From contig CM030334.1 of NCBI GenBank assembly GCA_017654855.1, positions 3,410,001 to 3,474,000 on the forward strand: a stretch of DNA of 64,000 nucleotides. Reading direction: 5' to 3'. Shown here one piece after another: positions 22,840-35,430 of this stretch; the first letter of the stretch is position 1; each line of letters starts with the position of its first letter. Origin of the DNA: Podospora anserina. Taxonomy: Eukaryota. The notes under the pieces were generated by a model. That model was not told where the DNA came from, ran no database searches, and worked only from the letters and a program-made list of their open reading frames with translations. The translations under genes and the position numbers were made by a program.

Positions 22840-25818
22840 CTACTTAACCTCCGCCTCAAGCCTTACTCTCTCCTCGCTCAGACATCGATCCCTCATCTGC
22901 TTCAGCGTAAAAGCAACCGGATCAGCAAGCTCTGTATTATACGCCTGTACCCTCCCCTCAAACGACTCGTGAGCCTGCTTGTCGAAGACGCAGAGCAAAC
23001 ACCCACAACAGCTCTCAAGTCTCCTCTCAACACGCTGTCGCTTTTGCTTGAGGTGATACTTTGTCGGCGTTTCTACGTTCGTCAAACCCGCCGTCCAATT
23101 CTTGATTCGCTTCAAAACTTCCTCTTCGCGCCGTCGTCTCCTCTTCTCCTCCCCCCGAGCCACTACTTTGTAGTGGTCAGGGGGATGGGATAAATTCGAC
23201 AGATGCCACCGAGGGTTTCGTCTCGGCCATCCGTTGCTCTTCATGGTGTCAACCAGCGGAGTTATGTCGAATCCGTGCTTCGCCAGCCAGCTTAGATTGT
23301 CGAAGCGGAGTTCTCCGGGAATGTGTTGTTCTGGTGTTAAGCTTGGTTCTGTCGTTGGGCCTGTACACGGTCCAGGTGCTGATCTGTTGCCGCTTGTTTG
23401 GAGGAGCGTGCGGATTTCTTGGCTAAACCACGTTTCTAGCGGGAAATCAACAATGGCGCCGTGGTGGAGGAGGAGCTGGGCTACACCGACGTGTCCGTGT
23501 CTGCATGCTGCGCGTAGTGCGGTGCAGTGTCGTGTTCCGTGGGCGTTGACGTTGGCGTTGTTGTTGAGGAGTGCTTCAACTATGCTGACGTGACCGCGGG
23601 AAGATGCTATCTGCAGCGCGGTCGCCTGATAACGATTGCCGAGAGATCCCATGTCTGCTCCTGCGTGGAGCAACTGACGCACAACTTCTTCATGTCCCTG
23701 CTCAGATGCTTGATGGAGTGCGGCCCGGATGTATTGGTTTTTTGTTGCTTGGTGGGTTAAATCCATTTCCGCCCCCAGCCTTTTGAGAAGAATCTCCACG
23801 ATATGGCCGTGGCCGTAGTAGGACGCAAGTTCTAGAGGAGAACCATACAAGCTTGCGATTTCAGAGGAGGAACCCCATTTCTGTTCAAACGTGACGTCAG
23901 CCCCTGCATCCAGCAGCAACTGGACAATCGCACCGTGGCCTTTTGCTGATGCTACCGCCAAAGGAGTGCCATATCTCCCCGTGGAGTCGTTTAGGGAGAC
24001 GCGCCGTGCAATCAGTACGCGAAGTCGACCCTCTTCGCCCCGTGATGCTGCCTTGTATGCGCTCCAGCTGTTGGTTGCAGTCGCAGGCTCTTCGTTCGGG
24101 CTTTCCATTGGGAACTGCAAGTCCCTTTTCCAGTTTGTGACCTTGTCAATCGCATCCCGTTTACGCTCCAGCGGCTTCTCTGGGACAAATCTGTTTGCCA
24201 GAAACCCATGCTGGTTGAGTGCCAAGAGGCCGGCTCGAACCTCGGGGCTTGCACAAGTCGTGATCCACTGCTCGTAGGACATGTCCATCAATCGTGATCG
24301 GTCCATCTCCCCTTCCTCGTCCATCCAGGTCCGAGCGGCGATTTCTGCCGTCGGGTCGTCGGCAACAACAAGATGACTCGGCGGATACAGGCCCCCGGGG
24401 AGGGCCCGTAGTTTGGCTGAAAGTCCTGCTTCCCCATCTTCGAAGCGCCTCAATTCCGCGTCCTGAAAAGACGCCTTGTATGCCCCCTCCGTGGTTATTA
24501 CATCAGGCAAGCGCGTGCATGACGAAAATAGCAGATCGGGGTGTTCCTCCCGTAGTTTCAAACTGACATCGATCATGACCCGATCGACGAGACTTTCAAA
24601 GATGACTTTCTCGTCAACCAGCAACTCGTCATCGAGCGGGTTTCTGGCGATATTCTTGGCCCTGTCATAACGCAGGCCGAGGCCACTGTGACAGATTTCC
24701 AGAATAAAACTGTAAGGCATCCCAGGAACTCCCGTGTCGATACCGACAAAGGATTCGATTTGCTTCAGGCACACACTGTAAATGTGCTCGTAGCTCCGTC
24801 TGCCCCATAGAGGATTTGCCGGCCGCGTATTCTTTGCCAAATCGACGATCGGGTCCGCGTAAAAGACCATCATCAACGGGGGAAACAAGTGAAGATGCTG
24901 CAGTTTGAAGCAGTTTCGCCCATACGTCTTGTTCGACTCCCTCTCAATCTCCACGTAAAGGGCATCGAAAGATTTGAAGTTGCAGTTGTAACCCTTCAGC
25001 ATCGTGGATTCAAACATTTTCCAGGCCAGCGTGTGCTGCAAACCTCGTGAGTTTTCCGATGTGGGGAACTGCGTCTTGGAGATGTGAAAGGAGTAGTAAG
25101 GGATTGCCTTGGCAAAGTCCTTGTTTCTGAAGTCGATTTGCAGAGTGCGTCCCACGGGGTTGCGCGTTTCGTTCCAGAGCATCTCCAAGAGACCTGGTAT
25201 ATCTCCTTCGGCGTTCAAGTATGTGCTGGCGAAGGCTGTATGCGATGGCATTTCCTCAGCGTCTGTGGCATGTTGTATCCTAGCGTCCGGGCTAGGGCTC
25301 GAACTCAGATGGCCATCATCATGTGCCTGCTTCCGTGATACCGGTCCCGTCTTGACACCCCTTATTACGAGACCCGTTGTAACTATTTGGTGAAAAGAAT
25401 AGGCGTCCCAAATCTCATCCAGGTTCGCGATGCGCTTTGGGTGCAATTCATGGGCTATGAATGCGCGGTCCAGCCTATCCAAAACAATCGCGTCCACCTC
25501 GTGTAGAAAGAGACCCTGGCTTGTTCCATTGGCGATTGCAGCGAAAGAGTTATCGATGATCCCTGAGGCACGTTCGTATAGTCCGCGATGAGAGAATACA
25601 TAGCCATATTTGTTCTTCAGCTCGAACTTGCCCGATGCTGATTTGATCTGCAAGTTTCGTGGGCAATAGCTTTGCTTCTGTCCGTCCCAGGTATATTTCG
25701 GGGGGAGTCCGGGATATTGTCGGTTATGTGGGAAGCCCTGGACTTTGTAGCGAGTGTTCAAGTCGGGGTTTATACTCTGCATTGTGCTTGTGGTAGGTGT
25801 CCGCCGCCCTGGGATCAT
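22840..25818 (-). CDS. GDPD/PLC-like phosphodiesterase domain fused to C-terminal ankyrin repeats, ~992 aa
   Basis: N-terminal VFSHRG...DNS...EVD...IAHE..PKR resembles GDPD blocks (AHRG, ENT, ExD, HD); ~6 ankyrin repeats (GTPLAVASAKGHGAIVQLLLDAGAD, TALQIASSRGHVSIVEALLNNNANVN). The ankyrin call is firm; the GDPD call rests on motifs only. Confidence 0.8.
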   Translation of the reverse strand: MIPGRRTPTTSTMQSINPDLNTRYKVQGFPHNRQYPGLPPKYTWDGQKQSYCPRNLQIKSASGKFELKNKYGYVFSHRGLYERASGIIDNSFAAIANGTSQGLFLHEVDAIVLDRLDRAFIAHELHPKRIANLDEIWDAYSFHQIVTTGLVIRGVKTGPVSRKQAHDDGHLSSSPSPDARIQHATDAEEMPSHTAFASTYLNAEGDIPGLLEMLWNETRNPVGRTLQIDFRNKDFAKAIPYYSFHISKTQFPTSENSRGLQHTLAWKMFESTMLKGYNCNFKSFDALYVEIERESNKTYGRNCFKLQHLHLFPPLMMVFYADPIVDLAKNTRPANPLWGRRSYEHIYSVCLKQIESFVGIDTGVPGMPYSFILEICHSGLGLRYDRAKNIARNPLDDELLVDEKVIFESLVDRVMIDVSLKLREEHPDLLFSSCTRLPDVITTEGAYKASFQDAELRRFEDGEAGLSAKLRALPGGLYPPSHLVVADDPTAEIAARTWMDEEGEMDRSRLMDMSYEQWITTCASPEVRAGLLALNQHGFLANRFVPEKPLERKRDAIDKVTNWKRDLQFPMESPNEEPATATNSWSAYKAASRGEEGRLRVLIARRVSLNDSTGRYGTPLAVASAKGHGAIVQLLLDAGADVTFEQKWGSSSEIASLYGSPLELASYYGHGHIVEILLKRLGAEMDLTHQATKNQYIRAALHQASEQGHEEVVRQLLHAGADMGSLGNRYQATALQIASSRGHVSIVEALLNNNANVNAHGTRHCTALRAACRHGHVGVAQLLLHHGAIVDFPLETWFSQEIRTLLQTSGNRSAPGPCTGPTTEPSLTPEQHIPGELRFDNLSWLAKHGFDITPLVDTMKSNGWPRRNPRWHLSNLSHPPDHYKVVARGEEKRRRRREEEVLKRIKNWTAGLTNVETPTKYHLKQKRQRVERRLESCCGCLLCVFDKQAHESFEGRVQAYNTELADPVAFTLKQMRDRCLSEERVRLEAEVK

Positions 25819-27068
25819 GTCCTGGAACCATTTGTGTCGTAGTAATGTAACTTCGACTTAGGATTAGAAGAAACATGACAGGTACCTAACTTCTAGCGGG
25901 ACATCACCCCTTTTATAGTGACCGTAGACATCAAACCCCATGGAGGCTAGGGTTGTTCCCTAGGCCTTACACATCATCACCACATCAGCGCTCATACGTT
26001 TGCAATTAAAGCCCTCGCAATCCAATCCCTGGCATTGAAACCCTCTCAATGAGAAACGCCGCAGTTGGCCGCAATTAGAACCCTCGCGAATGAGGCGTGG
26101 CCCGGTATTTAAAGCTTCCATGCCCGGGTGGGGGTGCGCTCGATGAATTGCATGGGCGCGTAGGCAGCAACAATTAACACCTAAGGTAGACTAGCTTATC
26201 AACCCGGTCGTTGTGCTATATCTCTCTATTGTAATCCTTGGTACCCAGCGAATGCGGAGCCTCGGATTGTGCCTGGGAGAATACTACCAGGCCCAGATGT
26301 GGCCAAGGCCGGACCGGGCCGCACAAGATGGCCGAATCCACGCTCGTGGGATGAAACGCAGGTGAAATATCCCAACAGAAACACCAACTTGGTCGATAAA
26401 TCATACCAGGCTGAGGTATAAGAAAAAATGCATCGTCATAGAGAAGAGCAGAGCCTTCAGTTCATTACCACCCTGGAGAAAGCAGTCTTTGCTTTGAAGA
26501 AAAACTCTACCCGGCACAAGTTAGGTAGATTTTGAACTTCAAGCTTAATTTTCAAGAAATATATGGTTGTATTAGGACGAATGTTGACCAGGGTATTAAT
26601 GGATGGGACAATGGCTCGTATTGCAAGCCAGCAAAGGTATAGTTAGACGTCAACTTACACTTTCCTCGCTATCTTCAATAAGAAATAGGCCTATCCAATC
26701 TTGAAAAGTCATTTAGCGGCCATCAAGATCCCTACACGCTCGGAGGAACATAAATATGGCGAATGAATGTAGAATCTATTCAAAGTTGAAAAGAACCGCC
26801 ATCAAAAGAATGTCCTTCTAGGGGCTAACCTGCTCGCAGCTTGACCCCTCCATTACAAAGATTATATCCTCCTATCGTACAACAAAATCTCGTCCAAAAA
26901 GCTGGGGGAATGAACTGGTGGTGATGGTATTAGGTGCAGTGTATTAAGTGATATTAGTGCTTGTTGTGCGGTGAGTGAAGAATGTGTTGTGAAAAAAAGG
27001 GGTATTAATGCTGAAGCCGCATCGCTAAAGTGTTAAAATGCTCCTCCTCCTCCTCCTTCTGTCACAAC

Positions 27069-27596
27069 CTAGCAGCCATACTTCATCCAGAAACCCGCTC
27101 CCTGGACAGCCACCTCCTCAAAGCTGACCTGCTTCCCCTCCGACTCCTCCGCAACCTCCAGTCTGAAGCACATCTGCTCTCTGCAAGCCCAGCTGCTGAT
27201 GCTAGCCTTGCTCCCCTGGTAGAACTGAGTCGTGCCGACCAAAGCATTCGCATCTGGGCCGTCAAGAGCGTAAACATTGACCTGTGCTGATCCGTAGACA
27301 GCAGCTTGGGAAGAAGACAGGTCGAGGACCAGCTCGCAGGGTCCGGTGCCGGCGGAGACGACTGAGGAGGGAATGGAAAAGCCGATCTCGATACCGGAGG
27401 CGTCGGCGGAGGAGATGAAGACTTGGTAGGGAGGGGGGGTGGTGGGGGAGTTGCGGAGGTTGGGGTAGATGGTCCCGCATTGTTGGCGTTCCTTGAGGAG
27501 GGGGTTCATTTGGTTGGATGGGGAGGTCAAGGCGGGCGCTGCGGTGGCGGTAAGGGCCAGGGCGGAGACAGTGGCGAGGAGGGTAGAGGTGCGCAT
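27069..27596 (-). CDS. Small secreted protein (175 aa), possibly But2-like fold
   Basis: Signal peptide MRTSTLLATVSALALTATA, possible processing site KER before QQC, several Cys, C-terminal GFWMKYGC. Confidence 0.75.
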   Translation of the reverse strand: MRTSTLLATVSALALTATAAPALTSPSNQMNPLLKERQQCGTIYPNLRNSPTTPPPYQVFISSADASGIEIGFSIPSSVVSAGTGPCELVLDLSSSQAAVYGSAQVNVYALDGPDANALVGTTQFYQGSKASISSWACREQMCFRLEVAEESEGKQVSFEEVAVQGAGFWMKYGC

Positions 27597-29522
27597 TTTG
27601 GCTTTTGTTGTTTTTGTTGGTTCTTGTCTTGTTGGTGCTGGGGAATGGGCTATGAAAGCTGCTTATAAAACGAGTGTGGGAATAGGGGAAGGGGTATTAG
27701 TGTGTATTAAGTGAAGGATGCTGAGAAGAAGTTGAAGAGAGACGTTTGATGCAGTGTATATAACATGAACGATCCGTATACCAGTCTCTTGGGATCGCGC
27801 TTGCGGAAGCGCGGCACAAGCGATGACGACGATATTGTCAAAGAGTCATGGCTGGGAGTAGGGACGAGACGAACAATGACATACCTCCCCGGCCTCCGAC
27901 GCAGCCAGCTTCTAGATCAAACAGAGTTAAACCAAATTTTGATTAGCTGGGTGAAAGAGAAGATTTGAAGAAGCAGGTCCAAAACCTCAATGCAGCTAGC
28001 ATCTAGCAGCGTCTGCATTGATGCAAGCCATCTGAGAACGCTTTTCCGACTGGAAGGCCGAGTTTCTGCAGAGACCAGCCCCCAACCTGGGAAGAAACAG
28101 CAAATAATCTGAAACCGCTCAAGACTACAGCAGTTCAAGGCGTCAAACTTCCAAAAAGCGGGTAAAGGTGCCGTTGTTGACTTGGAGGGTTAGTGCTCTC
28201 CTAGCGTGGAGCTTCTGGCTAGCTTCTGTGAAAACAGAAACCGTTGTCGATTTAGCTTCGATCTTTTCCTGGTTCCACGAACATGGATGAGCTACCTAAA
28301 CTCTGTTCCAGGATCAGGGTGCAACGGTGAAGAGACAACACCTTTTCTTCAGTGTTGTTCCGGGGATTGTTCGACAAGCCCATGCGTGAGTCTCTGGGAA
28401 TGCTAATGTTTCCTAGTGACTCCGTACAATGCATCTTGCCACCCATACCGGAACGTGCCCTCAACCCCGATGCCATCCTCTGGGCTGCTATCGTTTTTGT
28501 CGTTGTCAAGAAGCGGAGAGGGTCGTGAACTGGTGATCACGGCCGAGTCTGGTATCCAATTCGTGACTTCAGGCTCTTCGGAGGGTGCCCAGCTCATCAT
28601 GCAACTTTGAACAACATCGGCAGTAACTCCGGCATCTCGAGGGGCGAGGCTCTTTATCTGCGTTTTGGCCATGGCTAGAGGAATTATCCACACTCTTGGG
28701 AATGAGATGCTGCTGTTGGCGCGCTTGCCGTTTGTTCATCGGCCATCAAGGACCCGAAAGAAGTAGAGGCCAGAGTGGAGTATTGACTGTAGTGACAGAA
28801 CTTGCCGTAGTCAAAACCCGAAAACTGGTAAAATGGGCTTCATCTCTGGCTGAACAAGACTTCCAAAGGCTTGTGACGTATGCATTGAAACTAGACGTGG
28901 CAGACAGGTTTGTGGGGAAGGTCCGACAACTCCGAGGCCGCATTGGTAATTTGTACAGGGAGTAGACGCGGGGGATAGAAACAAGCTCAGCGTGGCAAAG
29001 GGGGAGGGAAAGGTGAGAGAGAGACCCTCTATGCGGGGGTAGATGCCGATATCAGATGCCGAATCTTGGATGGTGATATCGCTTCCCCAACTTTGGCAGT
29101 TGGGGTGTCTTAGAGAGCCTCTTATATGCGGGTGCCATCTTGGACCAGGTTGACGGCTCAAGTGCGTGCGGAGGGTCTTGGTGTCACGTTGATGATTTAC
29201 CCGCTTGATCGCCAGCTCTGGACACCCCAATTGGGCAATCTCGCTTGTATGTTCCGCCGTGTCTGCGGCTTGGACGTTGTTTTAACCTGCCGATTTCGAT
29301 CCCAGTGCCTAGCGTAGTGTAACCGTGACATTTTGGGGGTAGAAGCGAGACAAGAAAGTCATATCGAAGGTCGTGGGCTGGGCGGCATGATTGACGACAG
29401 GTCGACGACGATGAAGAATGATGGGTATATATATCTTCAAGTGTTGCGCCCTGGTTTGATGTTTGTGACAGCAGCCATCACTCAAACACCCGCCAGAGTC
29501 CTCCTCTTCCCACTTGCCCATC

Positions 29523-30568
29523 ATGATGTTCAAGTCCCTTCTTGGTTTCGCCGCCATGGCGCAGACCGCCTTTGGTGCTTCTCTGCAACAGGTCCAAAAC
29601 TTTGGCAACAATCCCACCAGAATCCAGATGTACATCTACGTCCCGGATCGCGTGGCCACCAACCCTGCCATCATTGTGGCGGTAAGTACTTGGAACACGC
29701 CCTCCTGTTTCGCGGACTGTTTGCTGACGATGGGTGTTGTTCCACAGCTTCATCCTTGCGGAGGTACTGGCCAGCAGTGGTTCAGCGGCACCAGACTGCC
29801 CTCGTTCGCCGACCAGAACGGCTTCATCCTCATCTACCCTAGCACCCCGAACCAGAGCAACTGCTGGGATGTCCACAACCCTGCCAGTCTTACCCACAAT
29901 GGAGGCGGCGATGCGGGTGGCATCATCTCCATGGTCAACTACACTCTTGACCGGTACAACGGCAACCGGGAAAAGGTCTATGTCATGGGCTTCTCCAGCG
30001 GTGGCATGATGACAAACGTGATGGCTGGTTCCTACCCCGAGGTGTTCGAGGCTGGTGCTGCCTACTCTGGCACCGCCCACGCCTGCTTCGCTGGTACGTG
30101 CAACTGTTTTGTTTCTGCTTTTTGCCTGTTGTGGCTCGGATGTTGTTTGCTGTCCTCAAAGGCCGTGCTGACAAGTCGACTCTTTTCTCTACAGGTGCCG
30201 GTGGAGCTACCCCCTTCAGCCCCAACCAGACCTGTGCCCAGGGTCTCCAAAAGACTCCCGAGCAGTGGGGTGCCTTTGTCCGCAACTCGTACCCGGGATA
30301 CAACGGCCGTCGTCCCCGTATGATGATTACCCACGGAAACGCCGATACTCTTGTTCGCCCGCAATGCGCCACTGAGGCGTTGAAGCAGTGGTCAAACGTC
30401 CTTGGCGTATCGCTCACCCGCCAGGTCCAAGGTGTTCCCTCATCGCAATTCACTCAGCACATCTATGGCGACGGTACCAAGCTCCAGGGCTTCTTTGGCA
30501 ATGGTGTTGGACATGCTCCCTCTGTCGACGAGCAGACCCTGTTGAGATTCTTCGGCTTGATCGCTTAG
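29523..30568 (+). CDS. Secreted acetyl xylan esterase, CE1 / PHB-depolymerase-like family, no CBM1; join(29523..29681,29748..30093,30195..30568)
   Basis: Signal peptide; FGNNPT, LHPCGG, NCWDV, nucleophile motif GFSSG, HGNAD, GVGH; two canonical introns restore the frame; TATATATA near 29426. Confidence 0.93.
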
Positions 30569-32812
30569 TGTGTTGACATAATCTCCGACTCGAGGCAGGA
30601 GTGCTGGGCGGGTAAGATCTGGTGGTGGCAACGGAGCCTCCAGCGGCACAGTGCGTTGAGGCGGCCGCCCGGTTTCTTACCCGCTAGGGAGTGGGGGTCA
30701 CGGATAGCCAGGGGGGTTTGGGTGAATGGCTGCCGGTGATGTTCAGAGTGTTCATAAACGATTGGGTTACTCAGTATATATAAAAAGGCTTTCTTCTTGA
30801 ATCTTGAGTTTCGGGTGAGTGCGTTCGTTTGGAGTCGTGCGGATGAATGTGGTACAGCTTCATGCTGACTCCTCATGAATGGATTATGAAGCGGTAAAGT
30901 GCCTAGATGTCAATTCTTTTTATTGGGGGCCACCGAAACACGGGTCTAGCCGTCCCAAATAAGCCCAATGTAACAACAAGTGAGGGGGGCATCTGTAGGT
31001 ACCGGTTGAGGAAGTTGTGGTTCAAGTTCGACTTCCCTTTAGTGAATGAATGGATGGTGATGTTACCTTCAGAAACAAGGTTCCGAAGGCGTCAAACGAT
31101 GCCGCAGTGATGCATACAGGGTTATTGAGTGTAGATAGGCTTGCGCCAGGGTGCTGTCAGAGATGAGTTGAAGCAGGACGTTTACAAAGTGAGTGACAAT
31201 AAGAAAGCCTCAGCTTCAGCTTCGGCTTTGATTCTTTCCTGCTTTGATCAGCTGCCCGGCAGTCATCGAGAGCTTATCTCGTTTCGTTGGTGCCTAATTC
31301 TTCTTATGTAAGTCACCAGGCTCCAGTGCTGGACTGGCACATCTCGGGGAAGGAACCATGGAGGTCACCACCCGTGACTTCCATCCAGTTTGTGGGGTTC
31401 GAGTCTGAGTTCACCGGCAGTTTCCCAATCTTCAGTCGGGTTCCATCATCCACATGATCGACCGATCGGGCGATACAACCTGGAAGTGGAATATCACAGA
31501 CCTCTCGGCGCAAGAAATCATTCCCATCATTATTTTTCTACCCCGTCTCCCGCTGCCCTGTCGCTCTAGTCGCATAACTTCGTCCGTCCGTTTCTTGGCT
31601 GGCCATCACAACAGCACAGACCTGCTGCGCAACATATGCTCCTCTAAACGTTTGCGGATGCTAAGCGCCGACTCAGCATGAATCGACAAATTGATGACAA
31701 CCAGTGGTAGAAACGACACAAACTTGAAGACGACTTCGTGGCAGTTTTGAAGGCAAATGGAAAACTATTTGAGTGGTGCGGACACGCCGGTTAGTTAAGC
31801 GCTGTTTCCGCTGAGCATCTGTCTGCCAATTCGGTCATTCCGTCGCTTGGGCGCCCTGATAGCTAACGATAGGTTCCAGCCGCAGAAAAGAGGTGCAAAC
31901 AAGGCCGGCCATATACTTGGCGGCATAATGAAAACCTCTGGAAACAAGCTGTGGGCCGCAACAGACCCCTTGTCAAGCAATATGGCGGCGCATGCATGGA
32001 AGCCTTCTAGAAGGAGTTTCCTCCTACAGCCGAGATCTGCTCTCGTCATCCCCGGCATCCCCCCCCCCCGGGTCATTCCCATTTGCAACCTCTCGCAAAC
32101 TATGTACAGCCAGGCCAGCATCTATCGGCGGCTCCAGCACGCATTCGGCCTGGTATACGCCCGCTACAGTATCATCCGACATCATGGTTCGTCATAGGTA
32201 GCGACGACCAAAATATCACCACTCGGTGCAACCCCAATAACACAACACGTGGTGAGGGTGTTGTGAGAGAGCGCTGAAATGCATGTTTAATGTTTCCCAA
32301 GGTTTCACACACTCATATTCCCTTACCGCCTGTCAGAGAGGCATGAAGGCCAGCGGCTTGATGCGATCTGGTGGTTGCCAACCCCTGTCCAATCCATTGG
32401 CTTCGCAAAGGAGCCCCAAGGCGGCACAGACGTCGCCGCGTTGGTCCGCGCCGTCACTATACAGGGGACGTACTTCTGGAACATGCATGGAAGCTGCGTG
32501 GAAGCTACACAGAAGCCTTCGACGTTGCATCCGACTTTTTATACTTAGCGGGATACCCGTGCCTCGCACCAATCTCATCCCACAGGAACAGGTACCTCTG
32601 CATCAGGCCCCTTTGGGCCCATCTGGCTCCCCCTGGCTGAACCACATCTGTCTTCCTCCCCCCCAGCTGCCCATCACCACCCTTTTACGGACCATGTTCA
32701 ACTCCGTCTGCGACCAACTCCCCACATTGACCCCACGAACAGACCAGGGGACTCTACTGCTCCTTTCACTGCCCTTGATCAAATAAACACTCGGAATTGT
32801 CCGCATTAAACA

Positions 32813-35430
32813 ATGGCCCAGGCCGGAATATCACCTTTACCTATCTCGATATCGACGATTATGCCTGCAGACATGATGGCTCATCTTGGATCAGGCCAAG
32901 GACAGCCCGGCCTCGTCATGTATGGTCTCTATGGACTAGATACGTTCGAGCACGTCGAGATCGATGAATATCAGGTTCCGTTCCCCATCAACCGCCGTCG
33001 ACCATGCTCAAGCAGTTTTCCCAAGCCTTGCGTGTTCGACAGTATGGCCTCCTCACCATCACCAGGCTCTGTTACAACTGCGCCGTCCAGAGAAGGCTCT
33101 CGGATCGGACGACCACCGCAATGGACAGTTTCACGATCGCGAAAGCTGGCTAGGCTATACCTCTATACGACACTTTCCATCGAGAGGATTATCCGGGTGC
33201 TTGAAGATGACGTCTTCAAACCGAGGTGCGGGGATCGGGAGTTTGCAGGGCTCTACACGGCGCTGACAGATTTTGCAGGAAGAATTCAGCTCAAAAGACG
33301 ATTCACAAAATGCTGGACAACGACCCCCGATATCTTCGACCCGAGTCACGGATTGAAATGAACCAACGCATCAGTAATCTTGCTGCCTCTGTCACTCGCC
33401 GAAGAAAGAAGACGGCAGTTCCAGCCTACGAATCAAGCCTTCATGGAGCAACCATAGACGCCTTGTATGGCGAGGTTAGTGGTAGTACTGTGGACCAAAA
33501 GCTGGGAATCCTGCTAACAATATTTTTCATTTACAGAAAGAACACAATCTGGCAAGGACTGAAATTTCGTCAGTATCCGGCTCAAGCCGTAGGGTAGAGG
33601 AAGGCCCTTCCTTTGACTTTGCTGGTTCGCCCGACGCACTCCTTAGTCCCATTCGATGGTCGATACCCCTGAGCGCTCAGACGACAGACGTCACCGACTT
33701 TGCGGGCTCTAGTGACAGAGGTTCAGCCATGGTCCAAGACCTCAAGAGGAGGCTATCAGACTGTTCCACGCACTTCGCCCACCAAATCACATCGTTGATT
33801 AGAGACTTTACTATTGCTGGAAGTTCACAAGACGAATTATCTACTGGCCGCCGACCTTCTGAGGCTCTCAGTGACAGGTCTGGGCACGATGAACTTTCTG
33901 AGTTGGGGATCAGTAACGAGCCATTCGAAGCCTTCCCCGAGCCGGCCTTCGCAGTACCAGGAGACTTTTTAAGCGCGCACAGACGGAACTGTGCCGACTT
34001 TCCAGGGCAGCAACATGGAGTCGGTGACTGTTGGTGCTCCATCGCCGGTGATACCTCACTGGACCAGAACTCTTGGTTGATGCCGACGGGTGAATTGAGT
34101 GTGCGTGCACGCCATGTTCTTAATCATCCTTCTCCAGGTAGTCTCAGCCTCCTTGACAGTTTCGGGAACACGCCTCTACACCTCTTCGCCACGCTAGAAG
34201 GGTACCAAGACACCCTCTTCAGAATGGTGCTCAACTGCGATGTCGAAACCCTGAAGATTACGAACACTGCTGGCCAAACGTTTCTCCATACGCTCAACCT
34301 GGATTGGTTCCTTAACCTTACAGACCCGTCGACACTACTGAAACAACTTCTTTCACACATCAGAGACTCAGTTCCAGACCTTGTTCACGAGACCGATGTG
34401 TATGGACGCACCTTCTTTCACCGCGCCCATTCCCTCGTTCGGGACCCAGAAGCCCTTGCCAACCTCTTCTCTCCGTTCGACTCTCTTCGGGCAGCCCGTC
34501 GTGAATCCTCTTGGCAGCGGCATCACGGGCGACCAAGGCCCATATACTCCCCCAAGAAGAGGAAATAACCTTTCACCTCAAGTTGAATACCTTTCCAGTT
34601 CCGCCGGTCCTTCACGCGGTCATTCTGCCTCGCCCAGCGACAACGACTCGTTCTTAGCCTATCATGCTCGTCTTGTCGAAGTCATCCAGTCATCCTACAA
34701 CAACCCACAGGTGGAGGACGCTGAAGGCCGTAACGGATTACACTGTCTCGCAGAGGCTATTCTCAACCAGCAGTCCATGAACCGCCATGTCTCTTCTTCT
34801 GTCGGCGCCCCTTCCATCCACCAGCGACCCAGTCTCAAACGAAAACTAGACTCTTCCAAAGAGTCAATCACTTCTTTTCCATCACCTTCGCCTTCCTCCA
34901 CCGCTTCTGCTTCGACCGCCTCGAACGAATCTACCCTCACGACTCGACTTCGCCATCTCACTGGCCTTCTCCACCACTCGCACGTCGATGTCAACGCCTA
35001 TGACAAGTCAGGCAACACACCTCTTATGGCTTTCATCACACATATTCCAGACGATCAGGACGACAAATCAAAGACATTACTCGCCATTCTTGAAACTATC
35101 ATTCGAGCAAAGGGGTGCAAGATCGAGGCTAGGAACAGAAGGGGCGAGACAGCCTTGTTGGTGGCGGCTAGGCTGGGCAGGAAGGTAGCACTAACAACAC
35201 TGTTAGAACATGGAGCCAATGTTCACGCCCGAGATGTGGATGGGAGGGGGGTGTTGGAGGTGGTGGATGAAGTTTGCAAGGGGGCTGGGAGGGGAGAAAG
35301 AGGGAAGGGTGCTGGCAAGGGGGACATAAGCCTGTATGCCAGGGCGGAGGCTTGCAGGGTTCTGTTGACTGGGAGGAGGGATTGGGGTGTTGTTGGAAGG
35401 CCTGGGGTAGGGAGGGAGTGGAGGGTGTAA
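32813..35430 (+). CDS. Ankyrin-repeat protein with N-terminal helical (GRPPQWT..RKLARLY) region; introns 33226-33278 and 33475-33536; apparent frameshift near 34500
   Basis: Two canonical introns join the ORFs in frame; ankyrin-like motifs GNTPLHLFA, GQTFLH, GRTFFH, GRNGLHCLA, GNTPLMAF, GETALLVAARLG lie in two frames that meet at ~34500 with no usable intron. Confidence 0.75.

Noticed and set aside
28200-29000. Short ORFs that might be a gene relic
   Set aside because: No recognisable family or coherent frame.
34501-34517. Possible GT-AG micro-intron at the ankyrin gene frameshift
   Set aside because: Only 17 nt, no branch site, and removal does not restore the frame.
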